NCBI GenBank assembly: GCA_963826085.1
Contig: CAWGVN010000002.1
Coordinates: 1-64,000 of the forward strand
From: an uncultured delta proteobacterium
GTDB taxonomy: Bacteria > Myxococcota_A > Polyangia > Polyangiales > Polyangiaceae
Length of the DNA stretch: 64,000 nt
Reading direction: 5' to 3'
Below, piece after piece: positions 33,511 to 45,119 of the stretch; within the stretch, counting starts at the first letter, position 1, and each line of letters begins with the position of its first letter. The notes beneath the pieces were generated by a model, which was not told the DNA's origin, searched no databases, and was given only the letters and a program-made list of their open reading frames with translations. The translations under genes and the position numbers were made by a program.

Positions 33511-34449
33511 GTGCTAGGTGCAGGGGCGATGGCTCGCTGGTGGTGTGCTGCCGTGGCGCTCTGGGCGAGCGTGGCCTGCTCGAAGGCCCACAAGTCGCCC
33601 GCGCCAACGGCGTCGGTCGCGACAGTCGCGAGCGTGCCGGCGTCGGCCAGCGCGGCTCCTGCAAAACCTTCCGCACCGGCCAAGCGCCTCGCGCTTCGCG
33701 TCGAACGGCGCATCGGAAACGGCCGCGACGCACTGTCCGCCACGTTGTACCGCTACGCCGGCGCCGCGACGCATGGCCACCTATGGGTCGCGCGCATCCT
33801 ACCCGCCAAGGCGAGCTTCGAGGTTCTGCCTGCGACGCATCCGCGCCCGCTGGCCGTGATCCTGAAAGGCCACGAGCCGCTGGGCGACTACGTGGCGATA
33901 AACGGCGGCTTCTACGATGACGAGAAGCCGATGGGGCTCGTCGTCGCCTCGGGCAAGCTCGTCGCACCGCTCCGCAAGCATGGCGGCTCGGGCGTGTTCC
34001 TGCTGGAGTCCGGGCGTCCTTCGATCGTCGCGCGCGACGACTACCGGCCGCACTCGGCGCTGGCGCTGCAGAGCGTCGACCGGCTCGTCGACAAGGGCAG
34101 CGTGCTCGTGCGACCGCGTCCGGGCCTTCGCCGCGATGCGCGCTCGGCCGTCGCCATCGATGCCGACGGCGCGGTGTTGTTCGTGGTGGCGTTCGACGCG
34201 CGCGCTGCGTTCCCGTTGTCGGACGACGCGATCCGCATGAGCGCGCCCTGCACGACCACCGGTCCGACCCTGCTCGAGTTCGCGCAGCTGCTCGCTCGCG
34301 AACTCGGCGCGCGCTTCGCGCTGAACCTCGACGGAGGCTCGTCGACGTCCATGCGCATGCGCATCGGCAAGACGCAGCTGGACGTGGTCGCGCACCGCGC
34401 GACAATCAATGCGCTGGTCGCCTCCAGACCTGGCCCGGCGCCGAAATGA
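33511..34449 (+). CDS. secreted phosphodiester glycosidase-like (DUF2233/NAGPA-like) protein
   Basis: Signal peptide. Motifs ...YVAINGGFYDDEKPMGLVVASGKLVAP... and ...RSAVAIDADGAVLFVVAFDARAA...FALNLDGGSSTSM resemble the DUF2233 family. Confidence 0.55.
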   Translation: MLGAGAMARWWCAAVALWASVACSKAHKSPAPTASVATVASVPASASAAPAKPSAPAKRLALRVERRIGNGRDALSATLYRYAGAATHGHLWVARILPAKASFEVLPATHPRPLAVILKGHEPLGDYVAINGGFYDDEKPMGLVVASGKLVAPLRKHGGSGVFLLESGRPSIVARDDYRPHSALALQSVDRLVDKGSVLVRPRPGLRRDARSAVAIDADGAVLFVVAFDARAAFPLSDDAIRMSAPCTTTGPTLLEFAQLLARELGARFALNLDGGSSTSMRMRIGKTQLDVVAHRATINALVASRPGPAPK

Positions 34450-34504
34450 GCGAGCCCACCGTCCCTTGTCGCGACGGTGGGCTTCCCTTCATCGGTCGTG
34501 ACGC

Positions 34505-34819
34505 TCAGCGACGGAAGCGTCCGCCGCCGCCGCCGCGACCACCGCCGCCGCCGCCGCCGCCGCCGCGCGCCGGGCGATCGTTCGCCTCGTTGACGCGGAT
34601 GTTGCGGCCGTCGAGCATCTGCCCGTCCATCTCCTCGATGGCGCGCTGGGCGGACCCGGCGTCGCCGTACGTGACGAAACCGAAGCCGCGAGAGCGACCG
34701 GTCTCGCAATCGGTGACCACCTTCGCCTCGACGATTTCGCCAAAGCCTTCGAACGCCTCACGGAGACCGTGATCGTCGGTCCCCCAGGCCAAACCACCTA
34801 CAAACAACTTGTTTCCCAT
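34505..34819 (-). CDS. RRM-type RNA-binding protein with Gly/Arg-rich tail
   Basis: MGNKLFVGGLAWGTDDHGLREAFEGFGEIVEAKVVTDCETGRSRGFGFVTY carries the RNP-2 (LFVGGL) and RNP-1 (RGFGFVTY) motifs. The C-terminus is a GGGGRGGGG tail. Confidence 0.8.
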   Translation of the reverse strand: MGNKLFVGGLAWGTDDHGLREAFEGFGEIVEAKVVTDCETGRSRGFGFVTYGDAGSAQRAIEEMDGQMLDGRNIRVNEANDRPARGGGGGGGGGRGGGGGRFRR

Positions 34820-34876
34820 GTCTCTGCTCTCTTCTCTCTCTCTCACCCGGACGATTCGCACGCTGCAACGACAGCG

Positions 34877-35188
34877 CTACCCCTCGTCCGTTGGATCCTT
34901 GCCGTAGCTCTTGCCCGCGCGGCTGCGTCGGGCGTTCCGGCTCGCGTTCCAGGAGCTGCGTGCAGCGGCATAGACCGCCCGGGCAACTTCTTCGTGCGCG
35001 TCATCGGGGGTCATGTGCTCGCCGATGATGCGGATTGCGAGGGTACGCGCTTCCGACAGCGTGCCCGGCCACATCCCCACGTCGCGTCCGTCGGCCTCCA
35101 GCCCGATGCGGACGGCATCGGCCCATGACTTCCCGGCCGCTTGTGCGGCGAGAGCGATAGCGCTGGGAGCGTTGGTGCGGGACATCGA
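34877..35188 (-). CDS. hypothetical small protein
   Basis: The C-terminal 103 aa of a longer ORF (MSRTNAPSAIALAAQAAGKSWADAVRIGLEADGRDVGMW...EVARAVYAAARSSW) look protein-like; the upstream part looks non-coding. Confidence 0.3.
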   Translation of the reverse strand, partial: SMSRTNAPSAIALAAQAAGKSWADAVRIGLEADGRDVGMWPGTLSEARTLAIRIIGEHMTPDDAHEEVARAVYAAARSSWNASRNARRSRAGKSYGKDPTDEG

Positions 35189-35725
35189 GCGAGCAGAGCA
35201 CGCTTCGTCCACACACACTGAGCGACCGGATAGTGGGCGAAGGAGGGCGGACCCTCCACGGCTTCGTCGAGCAAGGTGTGACACGGGGGCCCCGGGGGTG
35301 CAACGCGAAACGACGCAGGTCAGAATTGCCGGCTGACGGACAGACTGCACCCGGCGGGCGAGCAGGCCGGCGTGGCACTCCAGCCAACCGCCCAGAGCCC
35401 GCGCTCGTCCTGGCGCGCCGCCGACAAATCCTCCAGGCCGAGCCAGAGCGAGAGGCTGCCCATGCCAATGGCGAGTCCGCCTGCAGAGATAGGCCCGCCC
35501 CTCCGGATGGCCGAGGCGGAGCGTCCGCCGCATCGCTGGAAGCACTACTGAATCCGATCCGGTCGTCCGGATCGGAGCGCGGGACGCAGCCCGTGCACGC
35601 GACTCCGGCCGCGACGCATCGGGTGCGCACCGGGCGTGGCGTGACGCGACAACGGGACATGCGCGTCGCTGGCGCGCGCTTTGCACCTGCTCGCGCACCC
35701 AACCCTAACAGAGGGGGACTACGCG

Positions 35726-37246
<1,521 letters not shown>

Positions 37247-37251
37247 GAGCA

Positions 37252-37593
37252 ATGACGGTCGAGCCACAGGTCGTGGCGACTGAAGCCGCCGTCCGGCTGA
37301 TCCGGAAGCTGAGGGACGAGCATGGTCCTCTCATGTTCCATCAGTCGGGCGGCTGCTGCGACGGCAGCGCCCCGATGTGCTTCGCGCAAGGCGAGTTCCG
37401 CATCGGGGCGCGCGACGTCCTGCTCGGCGAAGTCGACGGCACGCCCTTCTACATCGGCGGCGACCAGTACGAGCTCTGGAAGCACACCAGGCTCACGCTG
37501 GACGTCGTTCCCGGCCGAGGCGCGGGTTTCTCGCTGGAAGCGCCGGAGGGAATGCGCTTCATCATCCGATCGGACGTGTGCGCGACGGGGTAG
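37252..37593 (+). CDS. DUF779-family protein (ALDH-associated)
   Basis: MTVEPQVVATEAAVRLIRKLRDEHGPLMFHQSGGCCDGSAPMCF...GTPFYIGGDQYELWKHTRLTLDVVPGRGAGFSLE shows the Cys-Cys-Asp-Gly pattern of DUF779 proteins found downstream of ExaC-type ALDHs. It starts 5 nt after the ALDH stop. Confidence 0.7.
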   Translation: MTVEPQVVATEAAVRLIRKLRDEHGPLMFHQSGGCCDGSAPMCFAQGEFRIGARDVLLGEVDGTPFYIGGDQYELWKHTRLTLDVVPGRGAGFSLEAPEGMRFIIRSDVCATG

Positions 37594-37699
37594 GGGCGGG
37601 CGCCTGGGCCGCCGCACGTGGACGCGCCGCCGACGCCGGGAGTTGAATATCCCACGCCGCTGATCCATGTATCGGCCCTGCATTCGATCGGAGGCGGGC

Positions 37700-38605
37700 A
37701 TGACGGAACAGGACGGGCGGGAAAGGGAAGTTGCGATCATCAGCGGCGGCGCGTCGGGGATCGGTCTGGCGCTGTCGAAAGAGATGGCGCGGCGCGGGTT
37801 CGAGGTGGTGATGGCGGACCGGCAGCTGGAGCAGGCCGAACAGGGGGCCGCGGCGATCCGCGATGCGGGCGGACGCGCCACAGCCGCGAAGCTCGACGTG
37901 CGCGACGCCGACGCCTTCCAGCGCCTGGCCGACGAGACGGTGCGGCGCGCGGGGCGCATCGACTACCTGTTCAACAACGCTGGCATCGGCGTCGCCGGAG
38001 AAATGGACTCGTACAGTCGTGAGGACTTCGACAACGTCATCGACGTGAACCTGCGCGGCGTGGCCTACGGCATCCTGGCGGCGTATCCGCACATGCAGAG
38101 ACAGCACAGCGGGCATATCGTCAACACGGCTTCGCTCGCGGGGCTTCTGCCGGAAGCGGGCATGGGTAGCTACACGGCCACGAAGCATGCCGTGGTCGGC
38201 CTTTCGAAGGGACTGCGCCTGGAGGCGAAGCGCCATGGCGTGAAGGTGTCGGTGCTGTGCCCCGGCGTCATCCGCACGCCGATACTCGCCGGCGGTCGTT
38301 ACGGTCGGACAAGCAACGTTGCCGCCGACGCCAAGCAGATCGAAGCCTGGTGGGAGCGCCTGCGGCCGATGGACCCCGACGAGTTCGCGAAGAAGGCACT
38401 CGCGCAGGTCTTCAGGAACAAGGCGGTCATCGTTGTGCCGGGCTGGTGGAAGGCGCTCTGGTACCTCGACCGCCTCTCTCCGGCGCTAGGCATGGTGCTG
38501 GCGGCCAAGTCGCTCGAAACCATCCGGCAAATGGTCGAGCAGGCGTCGGAGGAGCCCGAGGCACGCCCCGGGGAAGTCGAGCAAACCGCAGCCCGCATGA
38601 ACTGA
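37700..38605 (+). CDS. SDR-family oxidoreductase
   Basis: VAIISGGASGIGLALSKEMARRGFEVVMADR...YLFNNAGIG...YTATKHAVVGL. Confidence 0.8.
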   Translation: MTEQDGREREVAIISGGASGIGLALSKEMARRGFEVVMADRQLEQAEQGAAAIRDAGGRATAAKLDVRDADAFQRLADETVRRAGRIDYLFNNAGIGVAGEMDSYSREDFDNVIDVNLRGVAYGILAAYPHMQRQHSGHIVNTASLAGLLPEAGMGSYTATKHAVVGLSKGLRLEAKRHGVKVSVLCPGVIRTPILAGGRYGRTSNVAADAKQIEAWWERLRPMDPDEFAKKALAQVFRNKAVIVVPGWWKALWYLDRLSPALGMVLAAKSLETIRQMVEQASEEPEARPGEVEQTAARMN

Positions 38606-38665
38606 CCGCATGCCCGCAATTGCGCGCGCGTGCCGCCGTGCCGCGCGATGCTATGTTCCGCGCCG

Positions 38666-40105
38666 ATGCGCAGCCTGCTTGCATCCGGAATCGCCATCGT
38701 TGCGCTCGCGGGGTGCGCGTCGCGCGGACCGCGGGCCGAGCCACCGGCGCGATCGGCTGCGGGCGATGCGGACATCCGCAAGCTGGTACTCGATGCCGCG
38801 GCCGGCAGCGGGACCTGCGAGCGGCTGCGCGATCGCTTCATCGGGCTTCCCGCGGGGCAGGGTGCGACTGTTGCATCCGCCGGCATCACGCCGATTGTGG
38901 GACGCTGGTGGATCCGCGGCTGTTCGGTCGCGCGCGACGGCGACGCTCTGCGCCTCGAGCTGTCGGGTCCGGCGTGGTACCGCGTCGACCGGGTGCGGAG
39001 CGGCTATGCATTGCACCAGTACGTCTACTTCGACGTCGATGCCACGCTCGAGGGCGCGCTGGACATCGGCTACGACCCGCACGCGCGGCTGGCTTCCGTC
39101 TGGTTCACGCCGACCCAGGGCGCGGGCGTGAAGCTGCGATCGCTGGGCAAGCTCGATCTGCATGCTCAAAGCCTCCTGTCGTGGCTGGCTCTGCCCGTCG
39201 CCGACGAGCTGGCGACGGGCGAGGTCGTCTCCGAGGGCGAGGCGAAGTTCCGGCGGCAGCTCGACGCGGGCGTGACGCTCACGGTCGACCTTGCGCACGG
39301 CGCGCAGGTGGATCTGGTGCCGGGGCAGCTTGCGCGCGGCCAGGCGCCGGAGCGCCCATACAGCGATGGAAAGCCGTGGCTCGCGAACGAACGTGTCGAG
39401 CTCTTTCCCGGTGGGCTCGGCGTCGACGGCCCGTTTCCGCCCCAGCGCACCAGCATCGACGAGCAGCTCGAGAGCGGCGCCGGGCTCGACTATTCGCTGG
39501 TGTGCTCCCGCGATCTAGAGCTCGCGTTCAATGCCGTGACAGGTGGCGATGCGCCGAAGCTGCCGCCCAGCGCGGTGTTCCAGCGCGGCCGCCTGTCGCT
39601 CGCGGCGAGCGTGCCGGTCGTGGCGCAGTGCCCCTGGTACCTGGTGACGGCGACGAGTGCGCCGCGGGCGCTGGCGGTGTTGCGCGTCCGGGACGGTCAG
39701 CCTCTGACTGGCAGCGCACGCTCGGTCGTGGTGCGCCTCACGCTTGTGTCATTCGACGTGAACCGGACCGATCCACACGGCGACAGCTGGGACCCGCTGG
39801 ACGGCGCGCCCGATCCGGAGATCGACTTGAGGCACGATGGCCACCGCACGCGGCTCTTTTCCGCGTCGGACGTTTATCGAGCCACGCCGGACGTCGCCGC
39901 GCCCGATCCGTTCGAGCTCACGCCCGGCGCGCCCATTTCCATCGTCGCCGTCGATCAGGATGCGGTGTTCGACGATCCGATCGGCACCGCGACGCTACGC
40001 TTCGCGAATGGCGTCAGGAGCGGCGTGCGGGAGCTGCCGCTGCGGCTCGACGGCAAGACGACCGGGCACGTGCGGGTGCAGGTGGACATCGTAGGGAAAT
40101 GGTGA
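38666..40105 (+). CDS. hypothetical lipoprotein
   Basis: MRSLLASGIAIVALAGCAS (lipobox) followed by about 460 aa with protein-like composition. No family recognized. Confidence 0.55.
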   Translation: MRSLLASGIAIVALAGCASRGPRAEPPARSAAGDADIRKLVLDAAAGSGTCERLRDRFIGLPAGQGATVASAGITPIVGRWWIRGCSVARDGDALRLELSGPAWYRVDRVRSGYALHQYVYFDVDATLEGALDIGYDPHARLASVWFTPTQGAGVKLRSLGKLDLHAQSLLSWLALPVADELATGEVVSEGEAKFRRQLDAGVTLTVDLAHGAQVDLVPGQLARGQAPERPYSDGKPWLANERVELFPGGLGVDGPFPPQRTSIDEQLESGAGLDYSLVCSRDLELAFNAVTGGDAPKLPPSAVFQRGRLSLAASVPVVAQCPWYLVTATSAPRALAVLRVRDGQPLTGSARSVVVRLTLVSFDVNRTDPHGDSWDPLDGAPDPEIDLRHDGHRTRLFSASDVYRATPDVAAPDPFELTPGAPISIVAVDQDAVFDDPIGTATLRFANGVRSGVRELPLRLDGKTTGHVRVQVDIVGKW

Positions 40106-40510
40106 CGACGGACGTTGCGTCGGGCGCATGATATCGTGCCATCACGATGCGGATTTCGAGCTCGTCCTCGATCCTGCTATCGACAAGGTCAACGACCCGC
40201 CAACGCTGTTCGGCGCACCGTCGGGGGACTCCCTGCTCGCTTCGTGGGACGCGCAGACGGACCAGGGCGGAGCGGTCGAAACCCATCGCCTCGACTGCGT
40301 CCAGGCGAACTGAGTCGCTTGGCCCAGGGCCGGAAAAGCGTCGGATTCGCTCCGCGGCTCGTCGTTTGGCCGCTTTGGTGCTACAAATGCCCTGTCGCCT
40401 CGGGATTCGGTCGCAGGGCCGCGCGCGTTGGCGACGCAGCGATGTCCCCGCCCGGCGCATGCCGCGCCCGGTCGGCCGCGCGCTGTCACGTGGCGAAGGA
40501 AGGTCCTCGC

Positions 40511-41491
40511 ATGACCCATGCAACATCCGATAGCTCCAATCTAGCCGTCTACCAGCACAAGAAGCGGCGCGAATGGGGCCTGGCCGTCCTGGCCTGGGAG
40601 CACCGCGACAAGCGCGGTTACGTTTTCGAGAACGGTCAGCTTCGTGTGCTCGTGCAGGACTTCTTCCCGATGATGCGCCAGGTGGATCGCCCCACCGACG
40701 AGGTCCGGGCGCTCCACGAGACGCTGCGGCCAGAGCTCGACGCCGCCCGCGCCGAGGTCGGTGCAGCCGCCCAGCCTGCGCTCCGCAAGTCGACGTCGCC
40801 GCTCTCGTTCGATGACCAGCTCGCGCGTTTCCACGCCCTGTTCCCTGCCGGGTTCGAGGACGCGGCGTGGGTGGAGCAGCAGCGTGGAGCGACGGCATCC
40901 CGGCGACTGGGCGCCCACCGGGATCCTGCCATCGCGGAAGCGCAACAGATGCTGGGCGCCGCGGTGCTGGACAAGAGACTGGCGGGCGACGAGTACCGGG
41001 CCATCTACGAAAGCGCGCTTTCGCTGCTCGAGCGCACGGATCTCGTACCCACCTCCGAGCTGAAAGTGATTCGCGATCTGGATGCCCGCGGTCAGCGGGA
41101 GCTGTCGCTCATGATCGCGGAGCTTCTACACGGACCCGGCGAACGCGGCACACGGCTCGAACGCTTCAGCACGGCTTTCCACGACGTGTTCGGCGCGCCG
41201 CCCGGGTGGCGGCTTGCCACGGCGTTGCCGGCTCTGGTCGCGCCGGAAGAGTGCATCGTCATCCGCCCCGCGACGTTCCGCACGCAGGCGAAGCGCACGG
41301 TCGCCGGGTTCTCGCTTGCCAAGTTCCCGGTCGTTGCCGGCTATCGGCGCTGCCTGGCCGTGGCGGAGGTCGTTCGTGCCCGGCTGGTGGAACACGGTGA
41401 GAAGCCGCGCGATCTGATGGACGTGTACGACTTCATCGTCGTGACGCTGACAGCCACTTCTTCGAAGCGAGCTGCTCCGAAGAAGAAGTAG
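40511..41491 (+). CDS. hypothetical protein
   Basis: ATG start MTHATSDSSNLAVYQHKKRREWGLAVLAWEHRDKRGYVFENGQLRV... gives a coding-like 326 aa ORF. The region upstream of this ATG in the long ORF looks non-coding. Confidence 0.5.
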   Translation: MTHATSDSSNLAVYQHKKRREWGLAVLAWEHRDKRGYVFENGQLRVLVQDFFPMMRQVDRPTDEVRALHETLRPELDAARAEVGAAAQPALRKSTSPLSFDDQLARFHALFPAGFEDAAWVEQQRGATASRRLGAHRDPAIAEAQQMLGAAVLDKRLAGDEYRAIYESALSLLERTDLVPTSELKVIRDLDARGQRELSLMIAELLHGPGERGTRLERFSTAFHDVFGAPPGWRLATALPALVAPEECIVIRPATFRTQAKRTVAGFSLAKFPVVAGYRRCLAVAEVVRARLVEHGEKPRDLMDVYDFIVVTLTATSSKRAAPKKK

Positions 41492-41496
41492 TCAGC

Positions 41497-41853
41497 TCAT
41501 TGGGCGTCGACGACCTCGGTGCGCACTTCGTCCAGCATCGCCGACAGTTCCTGCTGCGCCTTGGCGCGGCTGGAACCGGCCGCCTTCAAGTACGCCCGAT
41601 AGGCGGTCTCGAGCCTGCGCATCGCGTCGGTGATCGTGCTGACGCGCTCCGCATCCCTGGGATTTCCGTTGAACACGCCGGAAGCCAGGCGATCAGCAGC
41701 GCCCAGCCGGCTCATGAGCTGGGATGCACTGTTCTTGAGCGGCTGGGGCGCAACTTCCGAGGAATCCCACGACGAGACGCGCAGCGTGGCGTCCAGGGAC
41801 TCGACCAGCTCCTCCAGGGAATTGCGGAAAACCGTGACTCGTCTGTCTTTCAT
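41497..41853 (-). CDS. hypothetical small protein
   Basis: MKDRRVTVFRNSLEELVESLDATLRV...AMLDEVRTEVVDAQ is 118 aa and helical-looking. Confidence 0.35.
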   Translation of the reverse strand: MKDRRVTVFRNSLEELVESLDATLRVSSWDSSEVAPQPLKNSASQLMSRLGAADRLASGVFNGNPRDAERVSTITDAMRRLETAYRAYLKAAGSSRAKAQQELSAMLDEVRTEVVDAQ

Positions 41854-42034
41854 CTGGCTCCTGTGGGCTGGCTCCCGGCCGTTCGTGTGTGGAAGGTGCG
41901 GAAGAATCGTCCGCATCACGCCGGGGCATCGTCCCCCCGCAGGGGGAGCCACGTCTTCGTGAAGGACTGCAGTCTAGCGACAACGCCCGACTCCGCAAGC
42001 GTTCATGCCGAAGCGGCGCGATCTTCTGCGCGCG

Positions 42035-42751
42035 TTACCCGAGCGTCGCCGCCGCGGTGCGGACCATTCCCGCCGCATCGTCCGTGACCATCGCGCCATG
42101 CGAGACGATCACGCGCGCGAGATCCGGCGTGTCCGCCAGGCGTTCGAGGTGCGTCCTGAGCGCGCGCCGGTCCTTGGCGACGAACCAGCGCACGATGCGC
42201 GAGACACGCGGCCCGCCCGTGGACTGGGTGATGCGGCGGAGCACGAAGCCGGTGAAACCCGGCAGGTTTTTCATGTTGAAGATGACGTCATTGAACACGA
42301 GCGTAGCGCCGCCGCCGCTCTTCACGATCATCACGCCCTCGCGCTCGGCGGTGCCGTCCAGCGTTGCGAACGAAACCGCGTCGTCCGTGGGGAAGTCGTC
42401 GTAGGTTCCGTCGACGCGCACGACTTCCTCGACCTTCTTCCGCGCGCCTGCCGGGCAGTAGACGCGCGCGTCGGGGTAGCGCCCGGCAAACGCCGGCGCG
42501 TCCAGCCGGTGGTAGCCGTTCGGGACGACCAGGGCCGTCACCTTGCCCCAGCCGTCGAGCCGCTTCATGGAGGCGTCGTCCAGCGGCACGGCGTTGTGCA
42601 CGACGATGCCACCGTCGGCGCGCTTCGCGAGCGTCATGACGCGCTTGAGCGGCATGTTGCCGAGCGTGCCTTCCACGCGCCACAGGTTGTCGTCCAGCTC
42701 CTCGATCGGCTGGTGCGGGAGCACGGTCCAGGTGCGGTTTGCCTTGGGCAT
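42035..42751 (-). CDS. DUF4336-like protein
   Basis: ...WRVEGTLGNMPLKRVMTLAKRADGGIVVHNAVPLDDASMKRLDGWGKVTALVVPNGYHRLDAPAFAGRYPDARVYCP... resembles DUF4336. The family is assigned from memory. Confidence 0.55.
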   Translation of the reverse strand: MPKANRTWTVLPHQPIEELDDNLWRVEGTLGNMPLKRVMTLAKRADGGIVVHNAVPLDDASMKRLDGWGKVTALVVPNGYHRLDAPAFAGRYPDARVYCPAGARKKVEEVVRVDGTYDDFPTDDAVSFATLDGTAEREGVMIVKSGGGATLVFNDVIFNMKNLPGFTGFVLRRITQSTGGPRVSRIVRWFVAKDRRALRTHLERLADTPDLARVIVSHGAMVTDDAAGMVRTAAATLG

Positions 42752-42793
42752 GGGCGGAGCGTAGCCGCATCGTTCCAGGCTTGCGAGCCGCGC

Positions 42794-43510
42794 CTAGAAC
42801 GTCTGGTTCGCGTAACGGAACAGCAGATACGTCGGATTCTGCGACGTGGGGTCCACGACGATTGCGCCGTCCGGGTAGCCGTCGTTGCGGTGGATCTGGT
42901 GGGCGCTGCTGGGCTCGCTGCCGTCGGAGTAGGCGAAGACGGAGACCCTGGCGCCGATCGTCATGTGGTTGCAGATGAACGCGACGCCCTGGTCCAGCGT
43001 GACCGTCGTGAAGTCTTTGCTGTGCACGCCGAGATACGACGGGTAGTCGAGGTTCATGTTCACGTGCCAGCCCTCGGCCCAGGGCGGGCCGAGCAGCGCC
43101 GCGCTCGCCGTGTCGACGGCGACGCCGTTGACCGACACGACCATCCGCTGCACCTGCCCCTGCATCGACAGCTCCAGCACGACGTGCGTGCTGTTCGGCA
43201 TCGCGCACTGCTGGTCCACCGGGCGCACCAGCGCCACCAACGTGCCGTCGGCGCGGCCGTCGCTCTTGGTGATCAGCGATCCGAAGGTGTCGGCGCAGGT
43301 CTTGGCCTTGTCGTCGCAGCTGACTGGCGCGGCGTCGGCGTCGGCAGCGGAGTCTGCAGCGGCGTCGCCAGGCGACGACTCGGCGCCGGAATCGCTTGCA
43401 GCGGTATCGGATCCGCCATCGTGCGCCGGCGGCGTCGCGTGGGAGGAAGGCGTCGAGCCGCAGCCCGCCGCGGCGAAGAAGAGTGGCAAAACCAGCGTGC
43501 GAGGAAGCAT
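42794..43510 (-). CDS. hypothetical lipoprotein
   Basis: MLPRTLVLPLFFAAAGCGS (lipobox), an Asp/Ala/Ser-rich linker, then a globular C-terminal part. Confidence 0.5.
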   Translation of the reverse strand: MLPRTLVLPLFFAAAGCGSTPSSHATPPAHDGGSDTAASDSGAESSPGDAAADSAADADAAPVSCDDKAKTCADTFGSLITKSDGRADGTLVALVRPVDQQCAMPNSTHVVLELSMQGQVQRMVVSVNGVAVDTASAALLGPPWAEGWHVNMNLDYPSYLGVHSKDFTTVTLDQGVAFICNHMTIGARVSVFAYSDGSEPSSAHQIHRNDGYPDGAIVVDPTSQNPTYLLFRYANQTF

Positions 43511-43607
43511 GACGGGGCCCGGAACGTACCACGGGTGCCGGTGCAGGAAAGGGTCTGGTCGCGTGGCGGCGTGCGACGCGGCGTGATATGCGCCGGCGCG
43601 AGCGGAG

Positions 43608-45068
43608 GTGCCCTTGAGCTGGTCGAGATACCTGTTGTGTGCGGCGGCGATGCTGCTTCCGGCGTGCGGCTTCGTGAAGATCACCACGCCCGGCGAGTAC
43701 CAGGCCGGCAGCGGTCGCTACAGCGGCAAGGAGTGCAAGAAGAACTCCTGGAAGACCGACTCGGCAGAGGACAACGTGCTGCGCAGGGTCTGCGATCGCT
43801 CGTTCCTGTACGCCGCACCGGTGGATGCCGCCATGGCCGTGCAGAGGCGTCACAAGAAGTTCGATGACCGGCACCCGGACATGCTCGCCGCGGCATACAA
43901 CGTCATCGACTGCTCGCGCGAGTGCGACGCCTTCCCGCTGGCAATGGGCGTGAGCTCGTACTACGCGGGGATCCTCGACAAGGCCGCGCTCACGAAGCAG
44001 ATCGCGCCTCTGGAGCTGTCCGCCGACGCCAAGTCGGCCTTCGTCGACGCCGCGATCGACGCGAAGCAGAAGGTGCTGGCCGCGGCCGCCAAGCTCGATC
44101 CGCGCCGGGAGCACATGTACGTCGAGACCGTCGCCAGCGTGGTGAAGGAGCGGAACGCATACTTCGAGGCGCACCGCGACCTGTACAGCAGGCTGGACGC
44201 TCTGGAGGCGCAGGCCAAGACCGCACGCGCGGCGGCCAAGGCGCCCGCTGATCTGGTCGACGGCTTGCAGAAGCTCCGCGCGGAGTACTTCTCGACGTGC
44301 AAGAGCGACGAGTGTCGATTCGATCCGTTCGTCATCGAGACCACGCGTCAGCTCGTGTTGCTCTACATTGCTGCGGGCGACGAGCTCGGCGCCCGTGCGG
44401 AAAATGGGCTCCTCGCCGAGAAGGCGGCGGGTCGGCACCTGTTCAGCGTCGAGACCGGAACCGCGGTCTACAAGGCGATGCAGGAGGAGCGCCACGCCTG
44501 GGAGCTCTACACGAAGGCCAAGGATGCCGGCCTGGATGCGGTGACGCTGAAGACGCGCTTCGGAGATCCGCCGCCCATCCAGGTCGATCCGTCGAGCGAC
44601 TACGTGGGCTCCGACAACCTGCCGGATCTCACGCAGGCGCTCGGCACGGACGAAGGGCGGAGCGCGATCCACGTCGAGGGTGGCATCGTGGCGGGCGTGT
44701 CGCCGACGAACCGTTCTTCGCGCGGCGCCAAGCTCTCGCGCGTCGCGTTCCGGCCCAACGTGTCGCAGGAAGACGTGGAAAACTGCTACCACACAGGACG
44801 CGTGAGCGGCGTGCGCTTCGACGGCAACAGCGCCGAGCTCGAGTACGAGACCGTTTGCAACGTCGTCGGCAGCCGGACGCACGTCGACAAGGTGGAGCCT
44901 CTGTTCGTGCCGTCGAGCGAGGTCGCGCGCGTGCGCCCCGGCGAAAACCTCGAGGCCATGGTCGACGGCAAGCACGAGGGCCTGGTGGTCCGTTCGCTCG
45001 CCCGCCACACGGGCAAGTCGAAGGCGCCCACGCGGGTGCTGCAGATCCGCGGCGCGCGGCTGCCATGA
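43608..45068 (+). CDS. hypothetical lipoprotein
   Basis: MPLSWSRYLLCAAAMLLPACG (lipobox), 486 aa, coding-like. Confidence 0.55.
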   Translation: MPLSWSRYLLCAAAMLLPACGFVKITTPGEYQAGSGRYSGKECKKNSWKTDSAEDNVLRRVCDRSFLYAAPVDAAMAVQRRHKKFDDRHPDMLAAAYNVIDCSRECDAFPLAMGVSSYYAGILDKAALTKQIAPLELSADAKSAFVDAAIDAKQKVLAAAAKLDPRREHMYVETVASVVKERNAYFEAHRDLYSRLDALEAQAKTARAAAKAPADLVDGLQKLRAEYFSTCKSDECRFDPFVIETTRQLVLLYIAAGDELGARAENGLLAEKAAGRHLFSVETGTAVYKAMQEERHAWELYTKAKDAGLDAVTLKTRFGDPPPIQVDPSSDYVGSDNLPDLTQALGTDEGRSAIHVEGGIVAGVSPTNRSSRGAKLSRVAFRPNVSQEDVENCYHTGRVSGVRFDGNSAELEYETVCNVVGSRTHVDKVEPLFVPSSEVARVRPGENLEAMVDGKHEGLVVRSLARHTGKSKAPTRVLQIRGARLP

Positions 45069-45119
45069 GCGGCATCGGGCGGCGGGAAGCCAGGCGCGCG
45101 CCGCCGCGTAGAACGCAGT